Source: Rickettsiales bacterium
GTDB taxonomy: Bacteria > Pseudomonadota > Alphaproteobacteria > Rickettsiales > UBA6187
Length of the DNA: 64,000 nucleotides
Direction: 5' to 3'
Assembly: GCA_028223895.1 (NCBI GenBank)
Contig: JAOIVE010000003.1
Location: 5,537-69,536 of the forward strand
The notes under the pieces are model-generated. The model saw only the letters and a list, made by a program, of their open reading frames with translations. It did not search any database and was not told where the DNA came from. Both the position numbers and the translations under genes were made by a program. Below are positions 9,201 through 16,941 of the stretch, in pieces. Every line of letters begins with the position of its first letter. Within the stretch, counting starts at the first letter, position 1.

Positions 9201-10581
9201 TTTCTACTTCTGTCTGGTTTTTTCTTAAATTGCGAGCATTTTCAATGAGCTGGTTATCTCTTTGACCCCTCACCCCAACCCTCTCCCCAAAGAGGGAGAG
9301 GGAGTTAGAGCTGTAATTTTCAACCCTCTCCCCAAAGAGGGAGAGGGAGTTAGAGCTGTAATTTTCAACCCTTCCTTTTTCTATTCCCTCTCCCTCTTTG
9401 GGGAGAGGGTTAGGGTGAGGGGTATTTCCTAAAGTCTGGTGAGGGGTATTTCCTGAAATCTGGTGAGGGGTATTTCCAACCCTATCTCCTAAGGGTGAGA
9501 GGGGGTTATAAGCAGTTGCAGACTCAACATTAAATGGATTTGCATATAGACATTTAAAAGCAGAACTTTGTTGTTCCCAATCTTTTTCTGTTAAATATAA
9601 TAAATCTGGTTCAATTGGGTGGTAATTGTCGCTAGCAGAAAAACCTAACTCTTTAACGTTGGAACGCGATTGAAAATAATCATCAACCAGATCATGTCTT
9701 TCATGACGGGCTTCAGCGGCTAAATGGTCGAAAAATATTATTGTATTTTGCGGTAAATATTCAAAGAAACTATCCATATGAGGATAAAATAATGGCAGCC
9801 AGTGTTCCATGCCTGCATAATGGCGACCGGCAGAAATCGCCTCATATAAAGGATCGCTTTTTGTCACAGCACCAAATTTTTCACGATATTGTTTGCGAAA
9901 CAGGCTTATATTTTCTTCATCCAATAAAACTTCAGAAGCCGGCATAATTGATAAATTATCGCTTTTGCCACCGCTAATTTGAGTTAATGGATCAAAAAAG
10001 CGGATATTTTCAACTTTATCACCAAAGAAATCAAGACGATAACCTTGCTCGCTGCCGCAAGGAATAATGTCTAATATACTTCCCCTTATTGCAAATTCAC
10101 CGGCCTCATTGGCAGTTGGAGAGTTTATATAGCCGCTTCTTACTAAATGACGGACAAAATCTTCACGATCTAAAATATCGCCAATATTAACCTTGGTGGC
10201 TAAATTAACCAATAGTTCCTGTGGTGGTAACTTTTGCAGCAAGCTGTTTACGGTGGTTAATATAACCGTCTTTTTCTTAGGATTGTTTTTAAGCAGTAAC
10301 AATTCACATAAGCCTTCTGTGCGGGCGCTTGCAATATGCGGGGCAGGGGAGATACGATCATATGGCAGGCAATCCCATGCCGGAATAAATATAATGGAGC
10401 TATTTGGCTCAATCATTTTTATATTAGCTGCCAGACTGTTCATTCTTTTGTCATCGCGAACAACGGCAAGTATTGGTAAATCGCTCTGTTTTTGTAATTG
10501 AGTAATAAGAAACCCTTCCGCCCCTTCATAAAGGGGGGATAAAATATTTTTCTGCGCTAGGTTCCTTATATCTATTAACAT
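6244..10581 (-). CDS. mfd: transcription-repair coupling factor Mfd carrying an in-frame insertion of about 280 aa
   Basis: UvrB-homology N-terminus and RNAP-interaction region (KGELVVHKDHGIGRF). Helicase motifs GDVGFGKTEVA, IIDEEQQFGV, LSATPIPRTL and QMRGRVGRS. It is 1445 aa against 1148 aa for E. coli Mfd. Confidence 0.93.
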   Translation of the reverse strand: MLIDIRNLAQKNILSPLYEGAEGFLITQLQKQSDLPILAVVRDDKRMNSLAANIKMIEPNSSIIFIPAWDCLPYDRISPAPHIASARTEGLCELLLLKNNPKKKTVILTTVNSLLQKLPPQELLVNLATKVNIGDILDREDFVRHLVRSGYINSPTANEAGEFAIRGSILDIIPCGSEQGYRLDFFGDKVENIRFFDPLTQISGGKSDNLSIMPASEVLLDEENISLFRKQYREKFGAVTKSDPLYEAISAGRHYAGMEHWLPLFYPHMDSFFEYLPQNTIIFFDHLAAEARHERHDLVDDYFQSRSNVKELGFSASDNYHPIEPDLLYLTEKDWEQQSSAFKCLYANPFNVESATAYNPLSPLGDRVGNTPHQISGNTPHQTLGNTPHPNPLPKEGEGIEKGRVENYSSNSLSLFGERVENYSSNSLSLFGERVGVRGQRDNQLIENARNLRKNQTEVEKKLWSELRGRRFGGYKFRRQHDIEKYIVDFVCLDKKLIIELDGGQHAEQKEHDKKRTKFLESKGYRVIRFWNNQVIENLEGVLENIQSVLKNTPHQISGNTPHPNPLPKEGEGIEKGRVENYSSNSLSLFGERVENNYSNPLSPSGERVENYSSNSLSLFGERVGVRGQRDNQLIENAHVNSLPLKSVPDFSVQSKATRVNAVEIFGDYLMNFVTHNKNDKRPILISCYSVGSRERIKSILKEHDYVGQFIDKWSGIKKLSENVIGLVILDIEHGFEHPDFILISEQDLLGTRLGRKKAKSKRSDNFLQEVSSLSKGELVVHKDHGIGRFEELETLNISGENHDCLRIIYANGDKLYVPVENIDVLSRYGSDNETAKLDKLGHTSWQSRKASLKKRIKIIAEDLLKTAAARALRKGQPMRPMEGLYEEFCSRFAYAETDDQLRCIEEVAQDLSSGKPMDRLICGDVGFGKTEVALRAAFIAASDGEHKQVALIAPTTLLCRQHYKTFKERFAGMPFEVRMLCRLTSAKSAKETKSGLKEGKVDIVIGTHALLAKSIEFKDLGLVIIDEEQQFGVAQKERFKQMRSNIHILTLSATPIPRTLQMSLSGIKDLSLIATPPVDRLAIRTYTMPFDPVVIRNAILREFYRGGRTFFVVPRIKDLDEVHEKLAKLVPEVKLTRAHGQLTPNELDQTMNDFYDGHYDVLLSTNIVGSGIDLPMANTIIVYRADMFGLSQLYQMRGRVGRSKVRAYAYLTTPPKRIPGEIAMKRLEIMQNLDSLGAGFTLASHDMDIRGFGNLVGDEQSGQIKEVGVELYQAMLKEAIERAKAESTGDDESDESFSPNINMGISVMIPEDYVSDLQLRMGLYRRIANLQENDDVEEIAVELVDRFGALPEPLHNLLEIMKIKILCIKAGVEKIDAGPKGITLKFHNDKFKNPEALITYITKNPLTTKLRGDQKLVIFKEYNSSDERLKGTRKSLENIINIAS
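8667..8929. repeat. G+C-rich nested palindromic repeat, copy 1 (three 45-bp units)
   Basis: Outer inverted repeat CCCCTCACCCCAACCCTCTCCCC...GGGGAGAGGGTTAGGGTGAGGGG. Inner 45-bp tandem units each carry the CCCTCTCCC/GGGAGAGGG hairpin. Confidence 0.9.
8932..9233 (-). other. DUF559 / Vsr-like PD-(D/E)xK endonuclease domain embedded in Mfd
   Basis: ARNLRKNQTEVEKKLWSELRGRRFGGYKFRRQHDIEKYIVDFVCLDKKLIIELDGGQHAEQKEHDKKRTKFLESKGYRVIRFWNNQVIENLEGVLENI fits the family consensus end to end. Confidence 0.8.
9234..9507. repeat. G+C-rich nested palindromic repeat, copy 2 (two 45-bp units, three 24-bp units)
   Basis: Starts with the same GAGCATTTTCAATGAGCTGGTTATCTCTTTGACCCCTCACCCC as copy 1 and differs only in unit copy number. 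Confidence 0.9.
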
Positions 10582-10684
10582 TACGAGAAAGTTATATAGA
10601 TAATATTTTTTCCTGCAATGTAATATTTATTACATAATTATGTGATAATAAGTTAATTAATAGTAAAGTTATTCAGGAAGTTAT

Positions 10685-11422
10685 ATGAGCAGCGGTAAAG
10701 GGGCAGAGAATCCTAAAGTGAGTGTTGGGGGATTTGACGATGTTGCGTTGACTAAATCAAGTAACCAGAAAAGTGATAAGGTAAGAAGTAATAAAAAATC
10801 TTCTGATAATACTTCTCTTTTGTATACTTACATTAGAAATGGCGCATCTGAGAGTGCTATAAAAACGCTTATATTAAAAGATAAAACTTTACTGAGTAAG
10901 CTAGATTCAGAGGGGGAAACGGCTCTTGATATTGCTGTTGAGGAAAAAAACTATGAGGCAGTAAATATAATCTGTTCCTCATATAAAAAAAATACAATAA
11001 AAGATGAAACTATGTATCTTACAATTGTTAATGCGTTGATTTCAAAGGAGTATGATATTGCGGCCTTAATTATTGAAGCTGCAAGTGAAGAACAAGTTGA
11101 AAAAGCTAGAAATTTCTTAAAAGCTGATACTACAAACACAATAATGAAAAAAGGATTAGGAAGCTTGGCCTGGATTGTTTCCGAGCTAAATATTCATGAT
11201 TCTATGAAAAAGATAAAAAAATTTGATGAAGAAAAAGATAAGCCAACTGATCTGGACGAAGCTTTTGAAGAAATATTAATAGCAAATGCAGTAAGACATG
11301 ATAATGGATATGGAGAACTTTTTTCTTCTCTTTATAAAGAACAAGCCTTTTCATATTATAATGAAGATAAATCAAAATCCTGGACAGATAGAGTAGCTGG
11401 TGGAAATGAGAAAGCTCGCTAA
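10685..11422 (+). CDS. hypothetical protein with one ankyrin-like unit (orphan)
   Basis: GETALDIAVEEKNYEAVNII is ankyrin-like. Divergent from mfd. N-terminus MSSGKG. Confidence 0.5.
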   Translation: MSSGKGAENPKVSVGGFDDVALTKSSNQKSDKVRSNKKSSDNTSLLYTYIRNGASESAIKTLILKDKTLLSKLDSEGETALDIAVEEKNYEAVNIICSSYKKNTIKDETMYLTIVNALISKEYDIAALIIEAASEEQVEKARNFLKADTTNTIMKKGLGSLAWIVSELNIHDSMKKIKKFDEEKDKPTDLDEAFEEILIANAVRHDNGYGELFSSLYKEQAFSYYNEDKSKSWTDRVAGGNEKAR

Positions 11423-11510
11423 TATGCATTAGTATATTATTTTTCTTTATTATTAGGCGACAGGCCATTATCCTTTCTCATAATTAATGGGATTTTATAA
11501 AAAAAATAAT

Positions 11511-12884
11511 ATGGCCAAGAAAAACAGTCAGTTCATATGTCAGGAATGTGGTGCAATCTACCAAAAATGGACAGGAAAGTGCAATGCATGCGGAACATGG
11601 GATTGTATAATAGAAGAAAAAGCGTCAACTGAGGCCTCTTATAGCTCAACAAATGCAAGCAAAGGAAATAGTTTGCAGTTTTCATCGCTTGAGGGTGAGG
11701 CTAGCGAAGTTAAGCGTGTTCTTACCGGTATGAGTGAGCTTGATCGGGTTCTTGGTGGAGGTCTGGTAAATGGTGCTGCTATTCTTATTGGCGGTGATCC
11801 GGGAATAGGAAAATCAACGATTGTACTACAAACAGCGGCAAATTTGGCTTCATCAAGTCACGAAGTTGCTTATATAAGCGGTGAGGAATCAATAGATCAG
11901 CTAAGGCTGCGTGCGCGGAGGCTGGGTTTGGAAAAAACTCCTGTGCAATTACTGGCAACAACTTCGGTTAAGGATATTATTGCCACTTTGAATGTGGCAA
12001 AGCCGCCAGAGGTGGTCATTATAGATTCTATACAAACAATGTATTTAGATGATTTGGGATCAGCACCGGGAACTGTCTCGCAAGTTAGGGCAACATCACA
12101 TGAATTAATAAGTTTTGCCAAGAAGCGTGGAATAACAATGATATTTGTTGGTCATGTAACAAAAGAAGGGCAGATTGCCGGGCCAAAAGTTTTGGAACAT
12201 ATGGTTGATGCTGTGTTATATTTTGAAGGTGATAGAGGCCACCAATTTAGAATATTGCGCTCTGTAAAAAACAGATTTGGCGCAGCTAATGAGATTGGCG
12301 TTTTTGAAATGCAGTCGCAAGGTTTGGTTGAGGTAAATAATCCTTCGGCATTGTTTTTGGCTGATCGCGATTATCAGGTTAGTGGAACTACCGTTTTTGC
12401 CGGTATGGAAGGTACGCGTCCGGTTTTAGTAGAGATTCAGGCGCTGGTGGCATCAACGCCAATTCCAACTCCAAGAAGAGCGGTTGTGGGTTGGGATAGT
12501 AACCGTTTGGCAATGATTATAGCGGTTTTGCAAACAAGATATGGGATTTTTCTTGCCGATAAAGATGTCTATTTGAATGTAGCAGGAGGATTGAAGGTTA
12601 GTGAGCCGGCAGCGGATCTGGCGGTGGCGATAGCATTAATATCTTCTGTTTTAAATAAGCCTCTGCCAAGCGACTGGGTTATATTTGGTGAGTTGGGTTT
12701 GTCAGGTGAGATACGCAAAGTTTCACAAATAGATACACGCTTAAAAGAAGCTGCAAAGCTTGGTTTTACAGGTGCTTTAACTCCTAAATCTAACGTGAAA
12801 CAAAATAATTCCTTTATTCTAAAAGAAATTAGCCATATAAAGGAGCTTAAGAATATGTTTGAAAATCAACAGCAAGTAGCGTGA
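11511..12884 (+). CDS. radA: DNA repair protein RadA
   Basis: Zinc ribbon FICQECGAIYQKWTGKCNACGTW, Walker A GGDPGIGKST, KNRFG motif, and a Lon-like C-domain. The ATG at 11511 (MAKKNSQ) is preferred over the TTG-frame start at 11487. Confidence 0.93.
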   Translation: MAKKNSQFICQECGAIYQKWTGKCNACGTWDCIIEEKASTEASYSSTNASKGNSLQFSSLEGEASEVKRVLTGMSELDRVLGGGLVNGAAILIGGDPGIGKSTIVLQTAANLASSSHEVAYISGEESIDQLRLRARRLGLEKTPVQLLATTSVKDIIATLNVAKPPEVVIIDSIQTMYLDDLGSAPGTVSQVRATSHELISFAKKRGITMIFVGHVTKEGQIAGPKVLEHMVDAVLYFEGDRGHQFRILRSVKNRFGAANEIGVFEMQSQGLVEVNNPSALFLADRDYQVSGTTVFAGMEGTRPVLVEIQALVASTPIPTPRRAVVGWDSNRLAMIIAVLQTRYGIFLADKDVYLNVAGGLKVSEPAADLAVAIALISSVLNKPLPSDWVIFGELGLSGEIRKVSQIDTRLKEAAKLGFTGALTPKSNVKQNNSFILKEISHIKELKNMFENQQQVA

Positions 12885-12885
12885 T

Positions 12886-13806
12886 ATGGATTCTTTATTA
12901 TCTGGTTTAAATTGGTTTGACGTTATTATTCTGTCAATCATTTCAATTTCAACTATTTTTGCATTTCTACGAGGCTTTTTAAAAGCTATATTTTCCTTTT
13001 CAGTGTGGATTTTATCTACAGTCGCTGCTTATTATCTATATCCTTACATAGTTGATTTTATTGGTGAATTTTCAAGCGGTGAAGAAACTTTGATAGGCAT
13101 ATGCATGCTTGTGGTGTTTATTATAATTTTTATTATAATATCCCTTATATTCTCAAAAATTTTATCTTTTCTTGTTGCTCATAGAAAAACATGGATGGAC
13201 AGAACTTTAGGCTTTGCCTTTGGCTTGGTGCGCGGCGTTATAATAGCCTGCATGATATTCTTTAGCATTCAAATGACTGTTTCTATGTTAAATGCCGGTG
13301 GTTCAGCAAAAAATCCGAGCTGGTTAACGCAAGCAAAAACATATCGCCTGCTGGAGATTACTACTGACTTTATTATCAATAATTTGCCAGAAGGTTCATC
13401 TGAAGAAATTGATGAGGCTATGAACAGATTTAAAAATATATCAGAAGATGTTGTAAAACAAAGTCTTGGTATGGACGTTAGCCAAAGGACTCTTTCAAGT
13501 GAAGACAGAGCTATAATTGGTGAAGTTATAAAGTCGCTGCCAAAAAGAGATCTAAATTTTGTTTATGACAAACTCAAAGGCGGTATGAGTGATGCATCAA
13601 ATGAAGAAAAAGTTAAGGTTTTCAGTAAGATATTAGATTTATATAAAGCAGCTTTTGATAAAGGTGAGATTCAAACGCCGGTTGATAGCGATAAAATAAA
13701 ACATCTTGATGAAGTGCTTAATGGTAATGGCTCTGCCAGTGATGAAATTGGTTATCAGAAAAATAACATTAAACAGCTGGAGCGTTTGGTAGATCAGCAT
13801 AATTAA
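12886..13806 (+). CDS. cvpA: CvpA family membrane protein with a long soluble C-terminal extension
   Basis: N-terminal LNWFDVIILSIISISTIFAFLRGFLKAIFS plus three further TM helices, as in CvpA. Starts 2 nt after radA. Confidence 0.7.
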   Translation: MDSLLSGLNWFDVIILSIISISTIFAFLRGFLKAIFSFSVWILSTVAAYYLYPYIVDFIGEFSSGEETLIGICMLVVFIIIFIIISLIFSKILSFLVAHRKTWMDRTLGFAFGLVRGVIIACMIFFSIQMTVSMLNAGGSAKNPSWLTQAKTYRLLEITTDFIINNLPEGSSEEIDEAMNRFKNISEDVVKQSLGMDVSQRTLSSEDRAIIGEVIKSLPKRDLNFVYDKLKGGMSDASNEEKVKVFSKILDLYKAAFDKGEIQTPVDSDKIKHLDEVLNGNGSASDEIGYQKNNIKQLERLVDQHN

Positions 13807-13820
13807 CCTATTAGAGTCAT

Positions 13821-13853
13821 AAAAAAGCTCATCTGAAAAAGATGAGCCTTCTT
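13821..13853. terminator. Bidirectional terminator hairpin between convergent genes
   Basis: AAAAAA-GCTCATCT-gaaaa-AGATGAGC-CTTCTT. Confidence 0.5.
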
Positions 13854-13875
13854 ATAAAATAATATTATCTAAAGT

Positions 13876-14361
13876 CTAATAAGGTGAGTTATATCCTGTA
13901 GCTCTGTTATCAGGCATAGCATATTGGCTTGCCATTGCCGTATTAGATGAGTTTGGATATCTTCCTTGTGATATTTTAGGAATATAAACCTCTCTAAAAA
14001 CAGGAATATCTTCATTTACACTAGCTGCAGAAGCTCTCTTGCTTTCGCATTGCATAATTTCATATATACGATCCAAATATGATACGCGAGCATTTGCAGA
14101 CTCAATTACCTCATTTGCATCCATATATGTAGATACATAGCCAAGTGGCATTAAAATATTTTTTAGTTTTGGACCTTTGTTTTTAAAAGCCATTTGCTTG
14201 TAAAACTCAGCCTCATTCATTTCAAGAAGTACTTCTTTACAAGATAGGTTTTTATCCTTTCTTTGCATAGCCTGTACTTTCTTATACTCACCTCCAGCTG
14301 TTGAGCAACCCCCCAAAAGCATGATTGAAAAACCTAATAATATTATTTTATTTAAAGCCAT
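13876..14361 (-). CDS. lipoprotein, unknown function
   Basis: Signal peptide plus lipobox MALNKIILLGFSIMLLGGCS. Confidence 0.6.
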   Translation of the reverse strand: MALNKIILLGFSIMLLGGCSTAGGEYKKVQAMQRKDKNLSCKEVLLEMNEAEFYKQMAFKNKGPKLKNILMPLGYVSTYMDANEVIESANARVSYLDRIYEIMQCESKRASAASVNEDIPVFREVYIPKISQGRYPNSSNTAMASQYAMPDNRATGYNSPY

Positions 14362-14602
14362 GATTTGTCTCCCCTAGATAGCCATGTCTTGATAGATGCA
14401 ATAATCTTACAAAAGTATTTACAAATCGTTACCAAAAGTATTTTAATTGGTTCAATAATGATATTTTTTATTAACAAAAATTAATAAAATCGATATAAAA
14501 CAGTATATTAAGTGCCATAATGATACATTACTGGGTCAAACTGCTTATAAGTAGTTAATAATTTAATTATGATTTCAGAAATAAGATCTTATATTTTAAG
14601 AA

Positions 14603-15313
14603 TTATTTAAATTGAAGTTTATAGTCAATTGCGCAAACTTTTGATTCAGTTGTCACTGCGTAAACTCCTGAGCTGTCGCAATTGGTTCCTCTTGATATTA
14701 AAATGCCGCTATCGCCATTTCCATCATCAATTTTTCTGTCGATTGTTTCAACGTCAAGAGGGTAAAGGCCTGTTTTGTTGGTATTCCATGCAGTACCATC
14801 TTCCGCATTTGGGGTTGCAGAGCCTATCTGCATAACATTCATTTCATACAAATAGTCAAACGAATAGCCTATATCTTCATAAGATGAAGCCGGAACGTCA
14901 ACTCCTATAGTTGCTTGCGAGCTATCAGCGGCGTTGGCATATCCTGCATATGAACCTTCTATAAGTTCAGCCAAAGAAAGATGCTGCCAGGCTCTGAATC
15001 CTTCTTTGGTACTTGATTCTGACCATTCGATTTTTCTATCGCCATCACCATTACAACTGCTGTTTTTTCCGCCATTATCTGTGCAGGAAGTCCAGAATGC
15101 GGTAGCATTGTTAAAATCACCGGGCAGGGCGTTATATTCTAAGTTAAATGCAGATAGTGCAGAACTATATTTATTTATGTCAGTTATAATGTCGCGTAAT
15201 TTTGCCTGCTTTATAATATCCTGACCAGTAAAAATTCCAGCCAGAATCAATCCCATTATTACTATAACAATCGAAAGTTCTATTAATGTAAATCCGCTAT
15301 TTTTCTTTTTCAT
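14603..15313 (-). CDS. prepilin-type N-terminal cleavage/methylation domain protein (large pilin-like paralogue)
   Basis: MKKKNSG|FTLIELSIVIVIMGLILAGI with Glu+5, central CNGDGDRKIEW...FRAWQHLSLAELIEGSY, and a C-terminal Cys-Cys loop. Confidence 0.8.
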   Translation of the reverse strand: MKKKNSGFTLIELSIVIVIMGLILAGIFTGQDIIKQAKLRDIITDINKYSSALSAFNLEYNALPGDFNNATAFWTSCTDNGGKNSSCNGDGDRKIEWSESSTKEGFRAWQHLSLAELIEGSYAGYANAADSSQATIGVDVPASSYEDIGYSFDYLYEMNVMQIGSATPNAEDGTAWNTNKTGLYPLDVETIDRKIDDGNGDSGILISRGTNCDSSGVYAVTTESKVCAIDYKLQFK

Positions 15314-15321
15314 TATAATTC

Positions 15322-16041
15322 CTATCTGAAAATATAATCATCAAATGCAAAATGTACCGTGCATTTGTCAGTTTGATCTGTTAATAAGTAAGTTGTTGTT
15401 TTAGCGGCAGAATCTGAAAGTCTGGCGCCTGACGCAACACATTGGCCATCAGTATCGGAAAAACTAATTATCTTTCCCGTATAAGGCATTGCATCGTCAA
15501 TTTTTTCATCTATTGCGTAAGCATCTTTTATTGCTACTCTGTAATTATCCCAACAATTATCAGACGGGCCACAAACAACAAGGCTATTTCCTTTACTGGC
15601 ATATTGTGACCATAAATTATTACTATATACATAATAGCTAACATCACTGCCATATGGGCTTGGTGGAATATCTACACCGATTATTTCTCCGGTTGATCCG
15701 TCATATGAACCTTCAATCAGACCAGCTAATCCTAGCTGTTCAAAAAATCCTTTATTTTCCTGCTCAGACATCAGACTATCGCCAATAAGGCGGTTTCCAT
15801 CTCCATTATCGGCCGCAGACCAGTAATTAGCCGCATTGCTAAGGTCTCCTGGAAAACCATGATATTCAAGCTGAAAATTATTATAAGCGGTTAAATATTT
15901 TCTTACATCAACGATTAGTGATTTTACTTTTGCCTGCCTTACTAAATTTGTGCCAACCATAACACCTGTTACAATCAGGCCTATAATTACTATTGCGATA
16001 GCTACTTCAACCAGCGTAAAGCCGCTATTTTTATTTCTCAT
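15322..16041 (-). CDS. prepilin-type N-terminal cleavage/methylation domain protein (paralogue)
   Basis: MRNKNSG|FTLVEVAIAIVIIGLIV. The internal ATG at 16041 gives the same short leader as its paralogues and removes the overlap with the upstream gene. Confidence 0.8.
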   Translation of the reverse strand: MRNKNSGFTLVEVAIAIVIIGLIVTGVMVGTNLVRQAKVKSLIVDVRKYLTAYNNFQLEYHGFPGDLSNAANYWSAADNGDGNRLIGDSLMSEQENKGFFEQLGLAGLIEGSYDGSTGEIIGVDIPPSPYGSDVSYYVYSNNLWSQYASKGNSLVVCGPSDNCWDNYRVAIKDAYAIDEKIDDAMPYTGKIISFSDTDGQCVASGARLSDSAAKTTTYLLTDQTDKCTVHFAFDDYIFR

Positions 16042-16051
16042 ATTATAAAAC

Positions 16052-16825
16052 CTATTTAAATGCATAATCATCAAATGCAAAATTCATTGTACAAAAATCA
16101 GTTGAATCCTGTAATGCATATTCTAATGTTCTTATTTCTGTTGGATCGCCAGCTGCTAAATCTTCTAATCTTTTATTGGCCGGCAGGCAATCTCCTGAAA
16201 CTCGCGAATAAGAAATAACTTTTCCTAAATATGGCATTGAGTCATCAATTTTTTTATCAATTGCATATGCGTCTTCAACCGCAACGCGGTGACTATCATA
16301 GCAAGTGTCTGAAGGGCCACAAATTGATAAACTATTGCCGCTATCATAAATATTCCATAATTTATCTGAGTTAACATAAAAGCTGCTATTGCTGCTATAA
16401 GATGTTGGAGGCACATCAACACCAATAATTTCCCCTGTTCCCCCATCATATGACCCTGGTATAAGGCCTGATAAACTTAGCTGTTCAAAAAAGCCTTTAT
16501 TCTCAGTTTCAGACATTTGAAATCCGCCAATTAAACGATTGCCATCACCGTTAGCTGCAGATGCCCAATAGCTTGTCGCATTTGTCATATCTCCTGCAAG
16601 TGCTTCATATTTTATTCTAAAAGTGTTATATGCAGTGCGATATTCATCAACATCTTTTATTAATGCTTTTATTCTGGCTTGTTTGACTAAATCCTGACCG
16701 GCGACAACCCCTGCCACAATCAAGCCAATTATTACTATTACAATTGAAAGTTCTACAAGCGTAAAGCCGCTTGAGCGTTTATTTATAGACAAATCTTCCC
16801 CCATACACATTAGTGCATCCTTCAT
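16052..16825 (-). CDS. prepilin-type N-terminal cleavage/methylation domain protein (paralogue)
   Basis: ..NKRSSG|FTLVELSIVIVIIGLIVAG. Alignable along its whole length with 15322..16041. The start codon is uncertain, with three in-frame Met within 8 codons. Confidence 0.75.
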   Translation of the reverse strand: MKDALMCMGEDLSINKRSSGFTLVELSIVIVIIGLIVAGVVAGQDLVKQARIKALIKDVDEYRTAYNTFRIKYEALAGDMTNATSYWASAANGDGNRLIGGFQMSETENKGFFEQLSLSGLIPGSYDGGTGEIIGVDVPPTSYSSNSSFYVNSDKLWNIYDSGNSLSICGPSDTCYDSHRVAVEDAYAIDKKIDDSMPYLGKVISYSRVSGDCLPANKRLEDLAAGDPTEIRTLEYALQDSTDFCTMNFAFDDYAFK

Positions 16826-16941
16826 TCTAGCATATAAATCATATGGTTACAATTTTATTGGGTGTTTGTAATATAACTGTAATATATTTGCTCTATTAGT
16901 ATATTTCTTATAAAAAATTATTTCTGAATAAAGGATAAAGT

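Larger units (their letters stand above)
8667..9507 (-). mobile_element. In-frame insert within mfd: repeat / DUF559 endonuclease domain / repeat
   Basis: Covers Mfd residues about 359-639 and has no counterpart in canonical Mfd. Two direct repeat copies are offset by exactly 567 bp (189 codons). Boundaries are approximate. Confidence 0.7.

Noticed and set aside
8690-9480. The regularly spaced G+C-rich repeats could be mistaken for a CRISPR array.
   Set aside because: The units are 45 and 24 bp in direct tandem with no unique spacers. They are nested in larger palindromes, lie in frame inside mfd, and have no cas genes nearby.
8667-9507. The insert in Mfd could be an intein with a homing endonuclease.
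   Set aside because: I see no intein splicing blocks, no Cys/Ser/Thr plus TxxH at the N-junction, and no His-Asn followed by Cys/Ser/Thr at the C-junction (the sequence there is ..ENAHVNS..). The nuclease is DUF559, not LAGLIDADG/HNH, and the flanks are DNA palindromes. A proper intein HMM scan would still be worthwhile.
15322-16080. The first ATG (16080) as the start of the second prepilin gene, overlapping the upstream gene by 29 nt.
   Set aside because: It would give a 20-aa leader unlike all the paralogues. The ATG at 16041 yields MRNKNSG|FTLVE, the same short leader as its siblings, with no overlap.
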